A program made the translations under genes and the position numbers. The notes below the pieces were generated by a model that had not been told where the DNA came from, made no database searches, and was given only the letters and a program-made list of their open reading frames with translations. A stretch of DNA of 16,364 bases from Abditibacteriaceae bacterium. GTDB lineage: Bacteria; Armatimonadota; Abditibacteriia; Abditibacteriales; Abditibacteriaceae. Shown here in pieces: positions 16,341-16,364 of the stretch (the stretch's first letter is position 1; each line of letters opens with the position of its first letter). The stretch spans positions 1-16,364 of the forward strand of contig JANPJS010000085.1 of assembly GCA_031425655.1 (NCBI GenBank), written 5' to 3'.

Positions 16341-16364
16341 GGCGGCGCCTAAAATGGCGCCGCC
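16341..16364 (+). terminator. Hairpin after the lon stop; probable terminator (any U-tract lies beyond the window)
   Basis: GGCGGCGCC-TAAAAT-GGCGCCGCC, a perfect 9-bp stem 8 nt after the stop. Confidence 0.65.

Overview
GC-rich bacterial chromosomal window; an Armatimonadota/Abditibacteriota-like origin is an unverified impression from gene content and style. It holds twelve minus-strand CDSs plus tRNA-Phe(GAA), then a divergent plus-strand lon. Left to right: PhyH dioxygenase, DegT aminotransferase, tRNA-Phe, panB, J-domain/TPR protein, PilC/GspF-family protein, rmuC, uvsE, birA, nadC, ADP-ribosylglycohydrolase, secreted beta-helix protein, hypothetical protein, lon. The most unusual signals are non-coding. 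(1) The lower-GC rmuC gene is bracketed by an exact 30-bp direct repeat (5674-5703, 7654-7683) with no recombinase in the segment. (2) Five gene junctions are filled by palindromic arrays of tandem 7-mers or 8-mers from four sequence families sharing one architecture. (3) An 18-nt motif, GCCCAGAGGGCRCCCGGC, interrupts one arm of two unrelated arrays. (4) A promoter-like element and an intrinsic terminator lie in the lon leader.
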